The notes under the pieces were generated by a model that ran no database searches, had not been told where the DNA came from, and saw nothing but the letters and a program-made list of their open reading frames with translations. Source: a virus. From it: a DNA stretch of 64,000 nt. The stretch lies in the IMG/VR virus record IMGVR_UViG_3300037317_000025, positions 1 through 64,000 of that record. One strand, given 5' to 3'. Positions 25,609-35,007 of this stretch are shown here, one piece after another. The stretch's first letter is position 1. Each line of letters starts with the position of its first letter. The position numbers were made by a program, and so were the translations under genes.

Positions 25609-26202
25609 TCATTCGTTGTCAACATTAGCACCCCCATCTCCAGGCATACCGCCCGTATCCCACCAGTGGTCAACGTCACGTGCTGAAATACCACGATAGC
25701 GCGCCAGTTGTTCTTGCGCTTCGGCAAGGTCGCGCTCCAGCGTGGCACGGTCGGTTGTGCGCTTCGGATCACGGCCCATCGCGTAGGCCAGCAACTCCGA
25801 GCCGATCTGCTCCTGCCGTTCGCGGATGCGAGCAAGCTCTTGCTCGATGCGCTGGATGCCGCCATGCATCTCGGCGCGTAATGTCATATGGAAACCTTGC
25901 AATGTCGCGTCCCGGTGCGACATTTCTTCCAGATATTCCATCACTTTGCTCACGGTAGCCGATACCGACTGCACCGCGCCGCTCACCTGCTGCATCGCCA
26001 GCGAACTCTCGTGCAACGCGGCGACGACCTGATCGTCGTGCTGGCGCTCGTATTCTGCCTTTTTGCTGCGTTGCTCTTGTCGATACTCTCTAGTATCCTC
26101 CTGTTGCTTTCGCCACCAATCCCAGAACTTTGTCGCCAGGAAGGTGCCGAGCGCCAACAGGATATACCAGACGGCATCAGGCAAACTTGCCGGTGTGTCC
26201 AC
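25609..26202 (-). CDS. single-TM coiled-coil protein (possible holin/lysis accessory)
   Basis: TM segment AVWYILLALGTFLA followed by coiled coil; upstream of the endolysin. Confidence 0.5.
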   Translation of the reverse strand: MDTPASLPDAVWYILLALGTFLATKFWDWWRKQQEDTREYRQEQRSKKAEYERQHDDQVVAALHESSLAMQQVSGAVQSVSATVSKVMEYLEEMSHRDATLQGFHMTLRAEMHGGIQRIEQELARIRERQEQIGSELLAYAMGRDPKRTTDRATLERDLAEAQEQLARYRGISARDVDHWWDTGGMPGDGGANVDNE

Positions 26203-26393
26203 TTCGTATCCGTTCTCAACATGCGCAAACCGCTTCGGGTTGCGCCTGCTAAAAGTATAGCACGAACCACCAACGATTACCTGACGCCGTGTGCGCCATT
26301 TTAAGCCGCCTGTTTCTACCAACCCGATACATACCGCTACTCACACCCCTATCGCCGCGCATTTGCCCGCACACGTGTCTTTTCGCGGATGAT

Positions 26394-27002
26394 CTACTCA
26401 TCTGCGAACACCGCTTCGGGCGCAGGCGGGCGTGCCGAGCGAGCATTTTCCATCGGCAGCGGCGGTGTCTTGCGGTCGATCTCGCGCAGCAGGTCGCGCC
26501 AATCAACGTAGATGCTGGTCGCGCCGTGCTCCGGGTGCGTGGCCTGCCAGGTCATCCCCTGGGCTGTAAGTGTCCACTGGAGGTCGGCAAGCGCACGGGC
26601 GAGCTTGTCGCGCTTTCGTTCTCGGCGGAGATGCGCGGCCAGCACCGCACTCACCTCACGATTCTCGCGGGCCTCGTCGCTATCGGGGTGAAAGAACTCC
26701 GTCAGCCAGACATGCACGCGGTCCGGGGCGGTGTGTTTTGCGGCCAGCCGTCGTGCCGCGCGCTCGACCTCGGCGCGGCGCTCGCCGGTCAGGATACGTG
26801 CCTTGTCGAGCAACTTGTCAATCTGCTGCTTCAGTGCATCGTCGCGGCGGTCTTTACTGCGCTGAGCCAGGGCGATAAAGTCCTGCTGGCTGGCGGCCTC
26901 CAGGTCGGCGGCTTCCGGTCGGCTGCCTACTTCGCGCTCCTGCCGCCACAGTTCGTGCAGGCGGGCGGTGTATCTTGGTCGCCAGTCGTTATGGGTGGTC
27001 AT
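26394..27002 (-). CDS. hypothetical protein
   Basis: 202-aa ORF coupled to the methyltransferase. Confidence 0.55.
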   Translation of the reverse strand: MTTHNDWRPRYTARLHELWRQEREVGSRPEAADLEAASQQDFIALAQRSKDRRDDALKQQIDKLLDKARILTGERRAEVERAARRLAAKHTAPDRVHVWLTEFFHPDSDEARENREVSAVLAAHLRRERKRDKLARALADLQWTLTAQGMTWQATHPEHGATSIYVDWRDLLREIDRKTPPLPMENARSARPPAPEAVFADE

Positions 27003-28312
27003 GCGATCTCCATTTCTCGCTGTATCACTGCGGTTCGCTCCTGCTGCAAGTGTTCGTAATCGCCCAACTCGATGCCGATGCTATCACGGCCCAGGCGCTC
27101 GGCCACGCGCAAGGTTGTGCCACTTCCGGCGAATGGGTCGAGCACCACACTGCGACCCGCGCCCTCGTTCTCGCAGCGGCAGGTGGGCTGCCAGCCGGTT
27201 GTCTGCTTGCCGCCGAACAGGAACTCGCGGTAGTAGCCACCGAGCACCTGCTTCGCCTCGACAGCAAGGGCGATCATCTCCTCCGCGTTCGCCCCACTGC
27301 CGGTCATCGTCTCGATAGCTTTCCCTGCGTCTGCCAGCCCGACCGCCCGAATAGCCTGCAAGTGGGCATCGGTCAACCCCCGCTCCTGCCAAAGCGCCTG
27401 CGCTCGTCGAGCCTGCGGGCGTTCCAGGTTCAGTGTCGCATCTCCCATCACCCGCTTCCACGGTGCGCCGCAGTGCTCGCACGCCTGCGGGCTGCTCCCA
27501 GCCAGGATGCACCGGCGCGGCAGTTCCTCCGGGAACACGGCGAAGTGAGCGCCGGAGTAGGGCCGGGTCGGAATACGCCACACATCGCGGGCGTTGCGGG
27601 TGGGCTGTGGCTCCCACGGCTCATCGTTGCCTCGCCCGCCAGCGACCAGGCGTGCAGGACGCTTGAACCCGTTGCCGCTGCCGTGGTCGCTCACCGATGG
27701 CTCTGCAATCGCCTGCTGGTCGTAGTAATAGCGCTGCTGCTTCGCCAGTAAGAAGATGTGCTCGTGCGATACCGTCAGCCGATCCTGCACACTGGCGGGC
27801 ATCGGGTTGGGCTTGTGCCAGATGACATCGTTGCGCAAATACCAGCCATCCGCTTGCAGGGCCAGGGCCACGCGGGAGGGAATGAGCAGCAGTTGTTTGC
27901 GTTCGGACCCTGATTTGCCCTTGCCTGGTGTGTCAGCACTGATATGTTGCCATTTCGTCTGTGGTGCTGGCGTTATGTTTCCTCGTGCCCCGCCATAGCT
28001 ATCCCCCAGGTTCAACCACACCGTCCCGTCGTCGCGCAACAGGACGCGCACCAGGCGGAACACATGCACCAGATGGGCAACGTAGGCGAGCGGGTCGCTT
28101 TCGTCGCCCAGGCAGCACACCATCGCCGGGATAACCACCGGCGGCAGCCCTGGCATCGGTGTGTATTCAATCTCCGGCCACGCGGTTGCGGTTACGCCCT
28201 GGTATGCACGAAGGCCGAAGTAGGGCGGCGAGGTGACGCAGCACTGCACGCTGCGCGGTGGCAGGGTTGGCAACAGGGCGGTGCAATCGCCGTGATGGGT
28301 CGTGATGGTCAT
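26999..28312 (-). CDS. DNA N4-cytosine/N6-adenine methyltransferase (beta class)
   Basis: VTSPPY near the N-terminus, HFAVFP, VLDPFAGSGTT. Confidence 0.9.
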   Translation of the reverse strand: MTITTHHGDCTALLPTLPPRSVQCCVTSPPYFGLRAYQGVTATAWPEIEYTPMPGLPPVVIPAMVCCLGDESDPLAYVAHLVHVFRLVRVLLRDDGTVWLNLGDSYGGARGNITPAPQTKWQHISADTPGKGKSGSERKQLLLIPSRVALALQADGWYLRNDVIWHKPNPMPASVQDRLTVSHEHIFLLAKQQRYYYDQQAIAEPSVSDHGSGNGFKRPARLVAGGRGNDEPWEPQPTRNARDVWRIPTRPYSGAHFAVFPEELPRRCILAGSSPQACEHCGAPWKRVMGDATLNLERPQARRAQALWQERGLTDAHLQAIRAVGLADAGKAIETMTGSGANAEEMIALAVEAKQVLGGYYREFLFGGKQTTGWQPTCRCENEGAGRSVVLDPFAGSGTTLRVAERLGRDSIGIELGDYEHLQQERTAVIQREMEIA

Positions 28313-29670
28313 CAGTATCCCTCCGCAGCACTATACTTTGCCAGGTTCTCGAACCGGGTGCTCTCCTTGCGGAACCGCAGCAAACACTGCCCGGTTGGGC
28401 CGTTGCGGTTCTTGGCGACGATCACGCGGGCAATGCCTTGCTCTTCGGTCTGCGGGTCGTAGAGTTCGTCGCGGTAGACGAACAGCACAATGTTGGCATC
28501 CTGCTCAAGACTTCCCGAATCTCGAAGATCGGCAAGCTGCGGCACCTTGCTCACGCGCTTCTCGACTTCGCGGTTCAACTGGCTCAGGCACAACACCGGG
28601 ACGCCCAACGCACCCGCCAGGATTTTCAAATTGCGGCTGATCTTGCCGATCTCTGCCGCAAGCGTGCCCGTCATCGCATCCTGCACCATCAGGCCGATGT
28701 AGTCCACGACAATCAGGTCAAGCGGGCGCTGCGCGTACAGGCGCTTGCACTTCGTTCGCAGTTCGCTGATGCTGATTGCGCCGGTGTCCTCAATCGCTAT
28801 TGGCATATCTCGCAGGCGGGCCAGCGTCTCAATCGCCGTGCCGTCATGCGCCTTGACCAGATTGCCGACGGCGCTGGTATCAACCTGCAATTCCATCGCC
28901 ATGAGCCTGACCAGTACCTCGTCGCGGGTCATTTCCAGGGTGACCATGCCGACGGTTTGTCCTGCTTTTGCCGCGTTCAAGGCGATGCCCTGGGCCAGTG
29001 CCGACTTACCGTGCCCTGGCCTGCCTGCCAGCAGCACCAGGTTACCAGGACGCATGCCACCGTCCAGAAGTTTGTCCAGGTCGTAGAACCCGGTCGGCAC
29101 GAAGCGGTCTGGTTCGTCGCTGGTGAGCTGGTCGTAGTAGTCCTCGACGACTTTCGGCATCAGCACAAAGTCCTGACCCACCTGCCGCTGCGTGACCTCG
29201 AACAGCAGGTGCTCGGCTTTCTCGCTGATGTCCTCGAACGCCTCCCGCTCGTTGTAGCCCAGCGCCGAGATGCGCCCACCGACCTCGACCATTCGGCGCA
29301 ACAGGTGCGCCTTCTCGACCGTGCGGGCGTAGTATTCGACATGCACCGCAGCTGGTACGTCGGCGATCAGTTCAGAGAGAAACAGGATGCCCCCGACCAG
29401 CTCCAGCCGTTCGCGTTCGCGCAACTTGCTGGCGACGGTGCTCAAGTCGGGCGGCGTGTTGTTCTCATAGCAGGCGAACACGGCTTCGTAGACCCAGGCG
29501 TGCTTCTCCAGGTAGAACATGTCTGCGGTGAGCCAGGGCGCAATCACGATAATAGCATCACGCTCCAACAGCAGCGAGCCAAGCACGGCGCGCTCGGCGG
29601 GAATGTCGGCGGGCAACTGGCGCTCGGTAGGGTCATGCCGGTAGCCGTTGGTGTAGTCGGTGGTGGTCAT
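28312..29670 (-). CDS. dnaB: replicative DNA helicase
   Basis: AERAVLGSLL, AGRPGHGKS, VVDYIGL, LSQLNR, DLRDSGSLEQDA, AKNRNGP. Confidence 0.95.
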   Translation of the reverse strand: MTTTDYTNGYRHDPTERQLPADIPAERAVLGSLLLERDAIIVIAPWLTADMFYLEKHAWVYEAVFACYENNTPPDLSTVASKLRERERLELVGGILFLSELIADVPAAVHVEYYARTVEKAHLLRRMVEVGGRISALGYNEREAFEDISEKAEHLLFEVTQRQVGQDFVLMPKVVEDYYDQLTSDEPDRFVPTGFYDLDKLLDGGMRPGNLVLLAGRPGHGKSALAQGIALNAAKAGQTVGMVTLEMTRDEVLVRLMAMELQVDTSAVGNLVKAHDGTAIETLARLRDMPIAIEDTGAISISELRTKCKRLYAQRPLDLIVVDYIGLMVQDAMTGTLAAEIGKISRNLKILAGALGVPVLCLSQLNREVEKRVSKVPQLADLRDSGSLEQDANIVLFVYRDELYDPQTEEQGIARVIVAKNRNGPTGQCLLRFRKESTRFENLAKYSAAEGY

Positions 29671-30476
29671 CGCTTACCTCGCTTTCGGCGGCAGTCACCT
29701 GCCACCAGCAGCACCTCGCCGTCGTCACCGATGGCCTTGCCGCGAATACGGCTGGCAAGTCGTGGCTGATCCAGGTCGTCAAGCCGCATGTTGCTGGTGA
29801 AGAACGTCGCCCGGTTGTGCAGGTAGCGCTGGTTCACGATGCGGAACAGCGTTTCCTCTGACCAGTCGGTCAGCATCTCTGTGCCGACATCATCCAACAC
29901 CAGGAAGTCAGCGCCCTTGAGCGCGTTCAGGCGTTGCTCGGATGAGCCATCCTTGAAGCCGGTGCGAATAAACGCCAGCAGTTCCGGCAGCGAGGCGTAG
30001 CTAACCGTCCACTCCTGGTACGCAAGGGCGTTCGCTACGGCTGCGGCCAGGTGAGATTTACCCGACCCATACGGGCCTGCCAGATAACACCAATCGCCGG
30101 GTTGCTGCACATACTCACTCAGCAGGTGGTGAACATGTCGCAGAGCGGCGCGTTGCTGTTCCGGTGTGAACTGGCCGTCGTCCCATTCCACATTGCCCGA
30201 CAACGAGCGCTCCGTGTCGAAGTTCTCCAGGGTGCAACTTGCGAGCGCCCCGGCTTCCTCGCGGAAGTGGTCGAGCAACTGCGCTGTACGCTTGCGGCGT
30301 TGTTCATTGCGCCTGCACTCGCATGGCATGCTGACATCGTTGCGCACAAGCCAGCCAGCACCACCACACACATCGCAGGCAGGCTGCTCAGACCTGAAGG
30401 TAGGATGGATAACTCTTGGACTCGTCGCCTTCTTCGACGGCTGCGTCCGGGTGTCGTGATCGGTTTCTGCGGCCAT
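29667..30476 (-). CDS. DnaC/IstB-like AAA+ helicase loader
   Basis: CDVC...CEC Zn motif, GPYGSGKSHLA, LVLDDVG, RY..TFFTSN, RLASR. Confidence 0.85.
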   Translation of the reverse strand: MAAETDHDTRTQPSKKATSPRVIHPTFRSEQPACDVCGGAGWLVRNDVSMPCECRRNEQRRKRTAQLLDHFREEAGALASCTLENFDTERSLSGNVEWDDGQFTPEQQRAALRHVHHLLSEYVQQPGDWCYLAGPYGSGKSHLAAAVANALAYQEWTVSYASLPELLAFIRTGFKDGSSEQRLNALKGADFLVLDDVGTEMLTDWSEETLFRIVNQRYLHNRATFFTSNMRLDDLDQPRLASRIRGKAIGDDGEVLLVAGDCRRKRGKR

Positions 30477-31425
30477 TGCGTGGCTCCTTTCGTGATGACT
30501 TCGTGTTGCTCTTCGGCTTCGGCGGTTCCAACTTCTCTGGCTGACGGTAACAATCCAGCATCCATTCCACGTTCGTCGGGTTCCTGCCCTGGGTCATGTA
30601 GCGCTGAAGCGTTGACCGCCAACGGTGCAGGTTCTCTTCGGTATCACCGATGGCAACGACAATCGCCTGCCGTTGCACCTGGTTCGGTGAGCGTCCAGTT
30701 ATCTCCCTGCACGCCCGCACCGCCGGGTGCGCGGACGAGCGCGGGTGCCCTGGCTGTGCATTGTGATTTTTGTCACGAGCGGCGGCGGGCATAGATTCTT
30801 TTTCGTCCGCCTCGCCTGATAGGGTTGGTGTGAGCGGTTCGGTCTGCGGTTGTGATTCCGGGGCAGGCAGTGTGTCGGGTTGTGGGTCGTCAGCAACAAA
30901 CGTCGGTGGTGTGTCCGGCGCGGCGGGCGCGCAAGCGTCCCTCTCCGTAGGAGAGTCATGGTAGTCTCTGTGTAATCTCTGTTCTTCTATGATCTGCTCA
31001 TTTTGCCCAGATCGTGATCTGCTCATTTTGCCCAGATCGATCTGCTCATTTTGCCCAGATCGTGATCTGCTCATTTTGCCCAGATCGGCTATGATGCGGT
31101 TTAATGCCTCATAATCAATGCTGTACCACTTGGTATGTTTCCAGTTCGATGCCTCTGGCTTGCAGGTTCGGACAACGCCAGATACCTCCAGTGACTTGAT
31201 GATTCGTCGCAGGGTGCTTTCATCCCAAAAGTCGAATTGCTTGTGCCATTCGGCATACGTGTTGTACACCCAGGCATTACCCTGGTCGTCAATGTGTTTG
31301 CTGGTCTTCAGCCAGTAATGCAATTGTTGCAAGAACATTGCTGGCCTATCACCAATAGCCCTGGCAAGGGTTGGTAAAACCAGCAATGGTGACTCATCAA
31401 TAAGCCCAGTAGATAAGCGGGTCAC
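30388..31425 (-). CDS. phage replication initiator protein
   Basis: LIDESPLLVLPTLA..FLQQLHYW..WVYNTY.EW..F; internal iterons; upstream of the loader and helicase. Confidence 0.8.
   Translation of the reverse strand: MTRLSTGLIDESPLLVLPTLARAIGDRPAMFLQQLHYWLKTSKHIDDQGNAWVYNTYAEWHKQFDFWDESTLRRIIKSLEVSGVVRTCKPEASNWKHTKWYSIDYEALNRIIADLGKMSRSRSGQNEQIDLGKMSRSRSGQNEQIIEEQRLHRDYHDSPTERDACAPAAPDTPPTFVADDPQPDTLPAPESQPQTEPLTPTLSGEADEKESMPAAARDKNHNAQPGHPRSSAHPAVRACREITGRSPNQVQRQAIVVAIGDTEENLHRWRSTLQRYMTQGRNPTNVEWMLDCYRQPEKLEPPKPKSNTKSSRKEPRNGRRNRSRHPDAAVEEGDESKSYPSYLQV
30991..31086. repeat. four 23-bp iterons GATCTGCTCATTTTGCCCAGATC (putative origin)
   Basis: Perfect copies at 30991, 31016, 31039 and 31064 inside the initiator gene. 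Confidence 0.9.
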
Positions 31426-31437
31426 GGCTGCACCTCC

Positions 31438-31818
31438 TCACTCAACATCTCGATACTCCTCTAATTCTTGCCGGAGATCATCCGGCAACTGATACATATC
31501 ACTCAACCACACCTCATTGGCAACGCGATACACCAGCGACCGCAGGCGTGCGTTCTCCTGCCACACGTCCGGGCCGTCGTCCGTCGTGCGCGGGCCAGTG
31601 CCGATGTGGTCATCCAACGCCTGCCGCAGCGCGCCCATCGCGTGCGGTACGTCGCCCTGAATATCGACAGCGCAGCGATAGCGATCCGCCGCGTGTACCA
31701 CCGCCTGCATTGCCCGCACCTCGTAGATGAGTGTTAGCAGCATCGCCGCCGTCTCGCGGTTGAGCAGGGCGTTCGCTCGCCGCTCGTAGCCGTTGAGTTG
31801 TGTGTTGGGGATTGGCAT
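31438..31818 (-). CDS. hypothetical protein
   Basis: 126-aa ORF, GGAGG RBS. Confidence 0.55.
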   Translation of the reverse strand: MPIPNTQLNGYERRANALLNRETAAMLLTLIYEVRAMQAVVHAADRYRCAVDIQGDVPHAMGALRQALDDHIGTGPRTTDDGPDVWQENARLRSLVYRVANEVWLSDMYQLPDDLRQELEEYRDVE

Positions 31819-31830
31819 TATGCACCCTCC

Positions 31831-31872
31831 AAAAATACCCAGGTACGTGTAACTCCCAATTACACGTACCTG
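31831..31872 (-). terminator. 13-bp perfect inverted repeat; possible terminator or operator
   Basis: CAGGTACGTGTAA-7nt-TTACACGTACCTG; TTTTT a few nt downstream on the minus strand. Confidence 0.5.
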
Positions 31873-31881
31873 TCTTTATGA

Positions 31882-32889
31882 CTAAAACGGCGGGTTCAGG
31901 TCGTCGCCGTCCGCGCCCACCGCCACCGGCTCGTTCCTGGCCTGCTTGCGCTCGCGGATTTTCTGGAAGTCCACGCCCTGCCCGCCAACCATCTCGCGCA
32001 GCTTCTCGGTGGGCACGTTGTCGAATGCATCGCGCTTCACCCGCTTGCGCTCGCAGAGCACGGTGATCAAGTCCTCGCGCTCATGATCCATCTCTGGCGG
32101 TTCCATCGGCGCGTCATCATCCTCTTCCGGCCCGTCGTAGCTGGCCCCGTCCAGTATCTCGCCTGTGTCCTCGTCCACCACGGGCTGCGCGGCGTGGGCG
32201 GCATTGCTGCGCTGGCGCTCGGTGAATACCCACCGCGTTGCCTGGCCGGGTTGCAGGCGGACGTTGAGGATGCCCTTCTCTGCCTTGCGCTTCTTGCCCT
32301 GGTTGTCGGTGGTTGTCACTTCTTCCAGGGTGCGATACAACTCAAGCGGCATATAGCTCAGGTCGCTGCGCACCAGATACAGGGCGTTCAACTGCTCGTC
32401 GAGCCGCAGCGCGTCGTACAGGCTGGTGCTATGCACGACCACCAGTCCGAACACTTCCAGGTCGGTCACGAACACGCCCAGGCGAGTGGTGTTCTTACAC
32501 TGGCACCCACCGTTACCGCCCCTGTCACACGGTTTCGGTTCATAGCTGTAGGCGGGTGGGGCGCTCTTCTCGATCAGGTGCTTGACTTGCTGCTCGCCGT
32601 CGCACCGGCGCAACAGTAACCCGCCCTGTGCAGTCGAGCGCCATTCCTCCAGATAGGGGTCGAAGTTCTGCCGCACCTCCGGGTAGGGCAGCGACACGCG
32701 AATGTAGTTTGGCTTGTCGCCGTAGAGTTCGTAGAACCGCTCAACCAGCGCGGGATCGTCGCTGTCGAAGCGGAAGTGGTCATCCAGGTCTTTGCCGAAC
32801 TTGCCGTTCAGTTTCTCGCTGCCCTTGCGCAGATGCCCGATAGTCGGGATGCGCACGCGGTTGCGGTCGGTAATTCCTTTAATCGGCAT
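31882..32889 (-). CDS. Gp3-like recombination protein
   Basis: MPIKGI...IGHLRKG..DLDDHFRF...RRCDGE...C.C...RL; acidic C-terminal tail. Confidence 0.55.
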   Translation of the reverse strand: MPIKGITDRNRVRIPTIGHLRKGSEKLNGKFGKDLDDHFRFDSDDPALVERFYELYGDKPNYIRVSLPYPEVRQNFDPYLEEWRSTAQGGLLLRRCDGEQQVKHLIEKSAPPAYSYEPKPCDRGGNGGCQCKNTTRLGVFVTDLEVFGLVVVHSTSLYDALRLDEQLNALYLVRSDLSYMPLELYRTLEEVTTTDNQGKKRKAEKGILNVRLQPGQATRWVFTERQRSNAAHAAQPVVDEDTGEILDGASYDGPEEDDDAPMEPPEMDHEREDLITVLCERKRVKRDAFDNVPTEKLREMVGGQGVDFQKIRERKQARNEPVAVGADGDDLNPPF

Positions 32890-32985
32890 ATCATTCCTCT
32901 TTCGTGGTATACTGGCTGTAGTCGTCAGCCAGCCAGATAGTCATCGGTCGCCCTGCCTCGCCTCGCGCAGCAGGGCGCTTTTTCT

Positions 32986-33372
32986 TTAGTCCTGCTTCAT
33001 TAGCCGAATACTCACGCTCGGCTCGCCTTCGCTCCTGAACTCTTTCAGCGCGTCCAGGTCGTGCGCCTTGAACCACCGTTCCAATCCGTTCGTGTCCCAG
33101 GATGTGCGCGGCTTGCTCCAGACCGCGTGCCAGCGCTCGCCCTTCACGCTCTCGCCCAGCGCCGCCACCGCCTGCTTCACGCGGGCCTCGGCGGTCTTGA
33201 GCGTCTCCTGGATTTCTTCCATATCTTCCAGGTGTTGCGCTTCTAATACTGCCAGTCGCGTGCGCTGCTCTGGCGTGAGGATCGCATCGCGGGCCGTCTG
33301 GTAATCCGCCTCCGCCAGTTCAGCGCGGAAGCGGATGTCCTCGTAGTGCCGCATCAGTTCTTGGATGTTCAC
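32986..33372 (-). CDS. hypothetical coiled-coil protein
   Basis: ORF in the recombination cluster. Confidence 0.5.
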   Translation of the reverse strand: MNIQELMRHYEDIRFRAELAEADYQTARDAILTPEQRTRLAVLEAQHLEDMEEIQETLKTAEARVKQAVAALGESVKGERWHAVWSKPRTSWDTNGLERWFKAHDLDALKEFRSEGEPSVSIRLMKQD

Positions 33373-33565
33373 GCCGTCACCACCCCTCTCTGCGCGTCCC
33401 ACTGAGCCGCGAACGCTTGCAGGTTCTCATACTCGTTGATCGCCCGCTGTATCGCCTGACTCGCGGGTACACCGTTGTTGTGCATCTCGGCAGCCAGGGC
33501 CAGCACTTCCTTCTCGCGCTCGGACAGCCCGGCGTAACCGAGCGATTGGTCGTTGTAGTATCCCA

Positions 33566-33985
33566 TTACGCCAGTACCTCCATAGCCTCAATCGGCTCAT
33601 ACAGTCGCGCCTGCTCCAGCGCAATCTCGTCAACAACCGTCCGCAGCGTCGCCGCGCCGTCCCACCACGAGCGGGCCACGCCGACCGGCATACCGTCGTG
33701 CCACATCAGCCATTCCTGGCCGTCGCGGGTGATCGCTGTGCCTTCCGGCAGCGTGGCGCTCATCAACTGGCCGTAGACCTGGCCGATGTGGGTAAGGGTG
33801 GTGTAGATATGGCGTTCGCGCAACGCCCACAGGTGGTTGTGGGCGGTCTGGATCAGCGCGTCGTCATCCAGCGCGGCGAGCAACTGGCCGAGGGTGCCGT
33901 TGCGGTATGCGGTCTTGATCTCGGTGTACGCCAGGGGCTTCGTGCTGCCCTCGGTGTACAAATGCGGTAAAATAGTAGTGGTCAT
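33566..33985 (-). CDS. hypothetical protein
   Basis: First gene of the leftward operon; GGAGGT RBS. Confidence 0.55.
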   Translation of the reverse strand: MTTTILPHLYTEGSTKPLAYTEIKTAYRNGTLGQLLAALDDDALIQTAHNHLWALRERHIYTTLTHIGQVYGQLMSATLPEGTAITRDGQEWLMWHDGMPVGVARSWWDGAATLRTVVDEIALEQARLYEPIEAMEVLA

Positions 33986-34180
33986 CAGTTACCTCCGATA
34001 ACTGTTGGCTAATGCCCGTGGGTGCTGATGACACCTGCGGGCTTTGGTTTGTTCAGATAGATGCATTATAGCATGGCGGTTGCTTGTTGTCAAGTATAGG
34101 TTTACAGAGGTATTGACACGCTGTCGAATTGAATGTATACTAGGATAAAGGGCAGGGTAATATCTGGAAGGAATAAACAA

Positions 34181-34417
34181 ATGAAACCATTTGTCAATAA
34201 GATACGACAGGCGCGATTGAATCATCAGGCTCGCCTGGGACGCATAGTCACCATTACAGAAGTTGCTCAGGATATTGGTGTCAGTCGGCAGGCGTTGGCT
34301 CAATTCGAGAATGGTCGCACGACTCCATCGCTGGACACAGCGTTCAAGTTGTGCGACTACTATGGTATCCCATTGAGCGAACTGATTGAATACGAACCCG
34401 AACCCGTAGCCGCCTAG
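34181..34417 (+). CDS. XRE-family HTH regulator
   Basis: TITEVAQDIGVSRQALAQFENGRTTPSLDTAFKLCDYYG. Confidence 0.85.
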   Translation: MKPFVNKIRQARLNHQARLGRIVTITEVAQDIGVSRQALAQFENGRTTPSLDTAFKLCDYYGIPLSELIEYEPEPVAA

Positions 34418-34593
34418 CTTTTTTCGATCCATACTCTTGCCCTGTCTCACTGCGCCCGGATAGACACGAATATCTTGGCATTATACCACCTGAAACCCGC
34501 CAGGTTCTACGCGCCAGATAGCAGGCCATGGGCGTTGTATGCCTTCTGCAAGGCGTAGAACCTGGCGGAAAATTGATAGAAAGGCGAATATAC

Positions 34594-35007
34594 ATGCAGA
34601 CAACCGATGAACTGATGGCCGACGCGCTGGCTCAGTTGCAAGAGCACACCGGCACGCTCACGCAGGCCCAGGCAGCGCTTGAGCGGCGGGTGGCTGGACA
34701 CGAGCGGCGGCTGGCGGCGCTGGAGCAGGTGCTCGCCTCGCTGCGGGCGCGGGTGGCCGAACTGGAATCGCGGACGGGCTGGATCGCCTGCACTGAACGG
34801 ATGCCGCCTGCGGGCGAGCGGGTGCTGGTGTGGGACTGGGTGGCGCGGGATGCGTGGCTGGGTTGGGTCGCTGATGGTGGCTGGTTGGTGATAGGGGATA
34901 GCGACGACGGACGGCCTATGGACGGCGATTCGTTTGTGTCGCACTGGATGCCGCTGCCGGGGGAGCCGCAAGCAGGAGTCGAGGATGCAGCGAACACTGC
35001 GCAGTAA
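34594..35007 (+). CDS. DUF551-like protein
   Basis: WIACTERMP...VSHWMPLPGEP. Confidence 0.7.
   Translation: MQTTDELMADALAQLQEHTGTLTQAQAALERRVAGHERRLAALEQVLASLRARVAELESRTGWIACTERMPPAGERVLVWDWVARDAWLGWVADGGWLVIGDSDDGRPMDGDSFVSHWMPLPGEPQAGVEDAANTAQ

Noticed and set aside
30991-31086. Possible second CRISPR array
   Set aside because: The repeats are separated by only 0-2 bp and lie in-frame within the initiator gene, so they are iterons.
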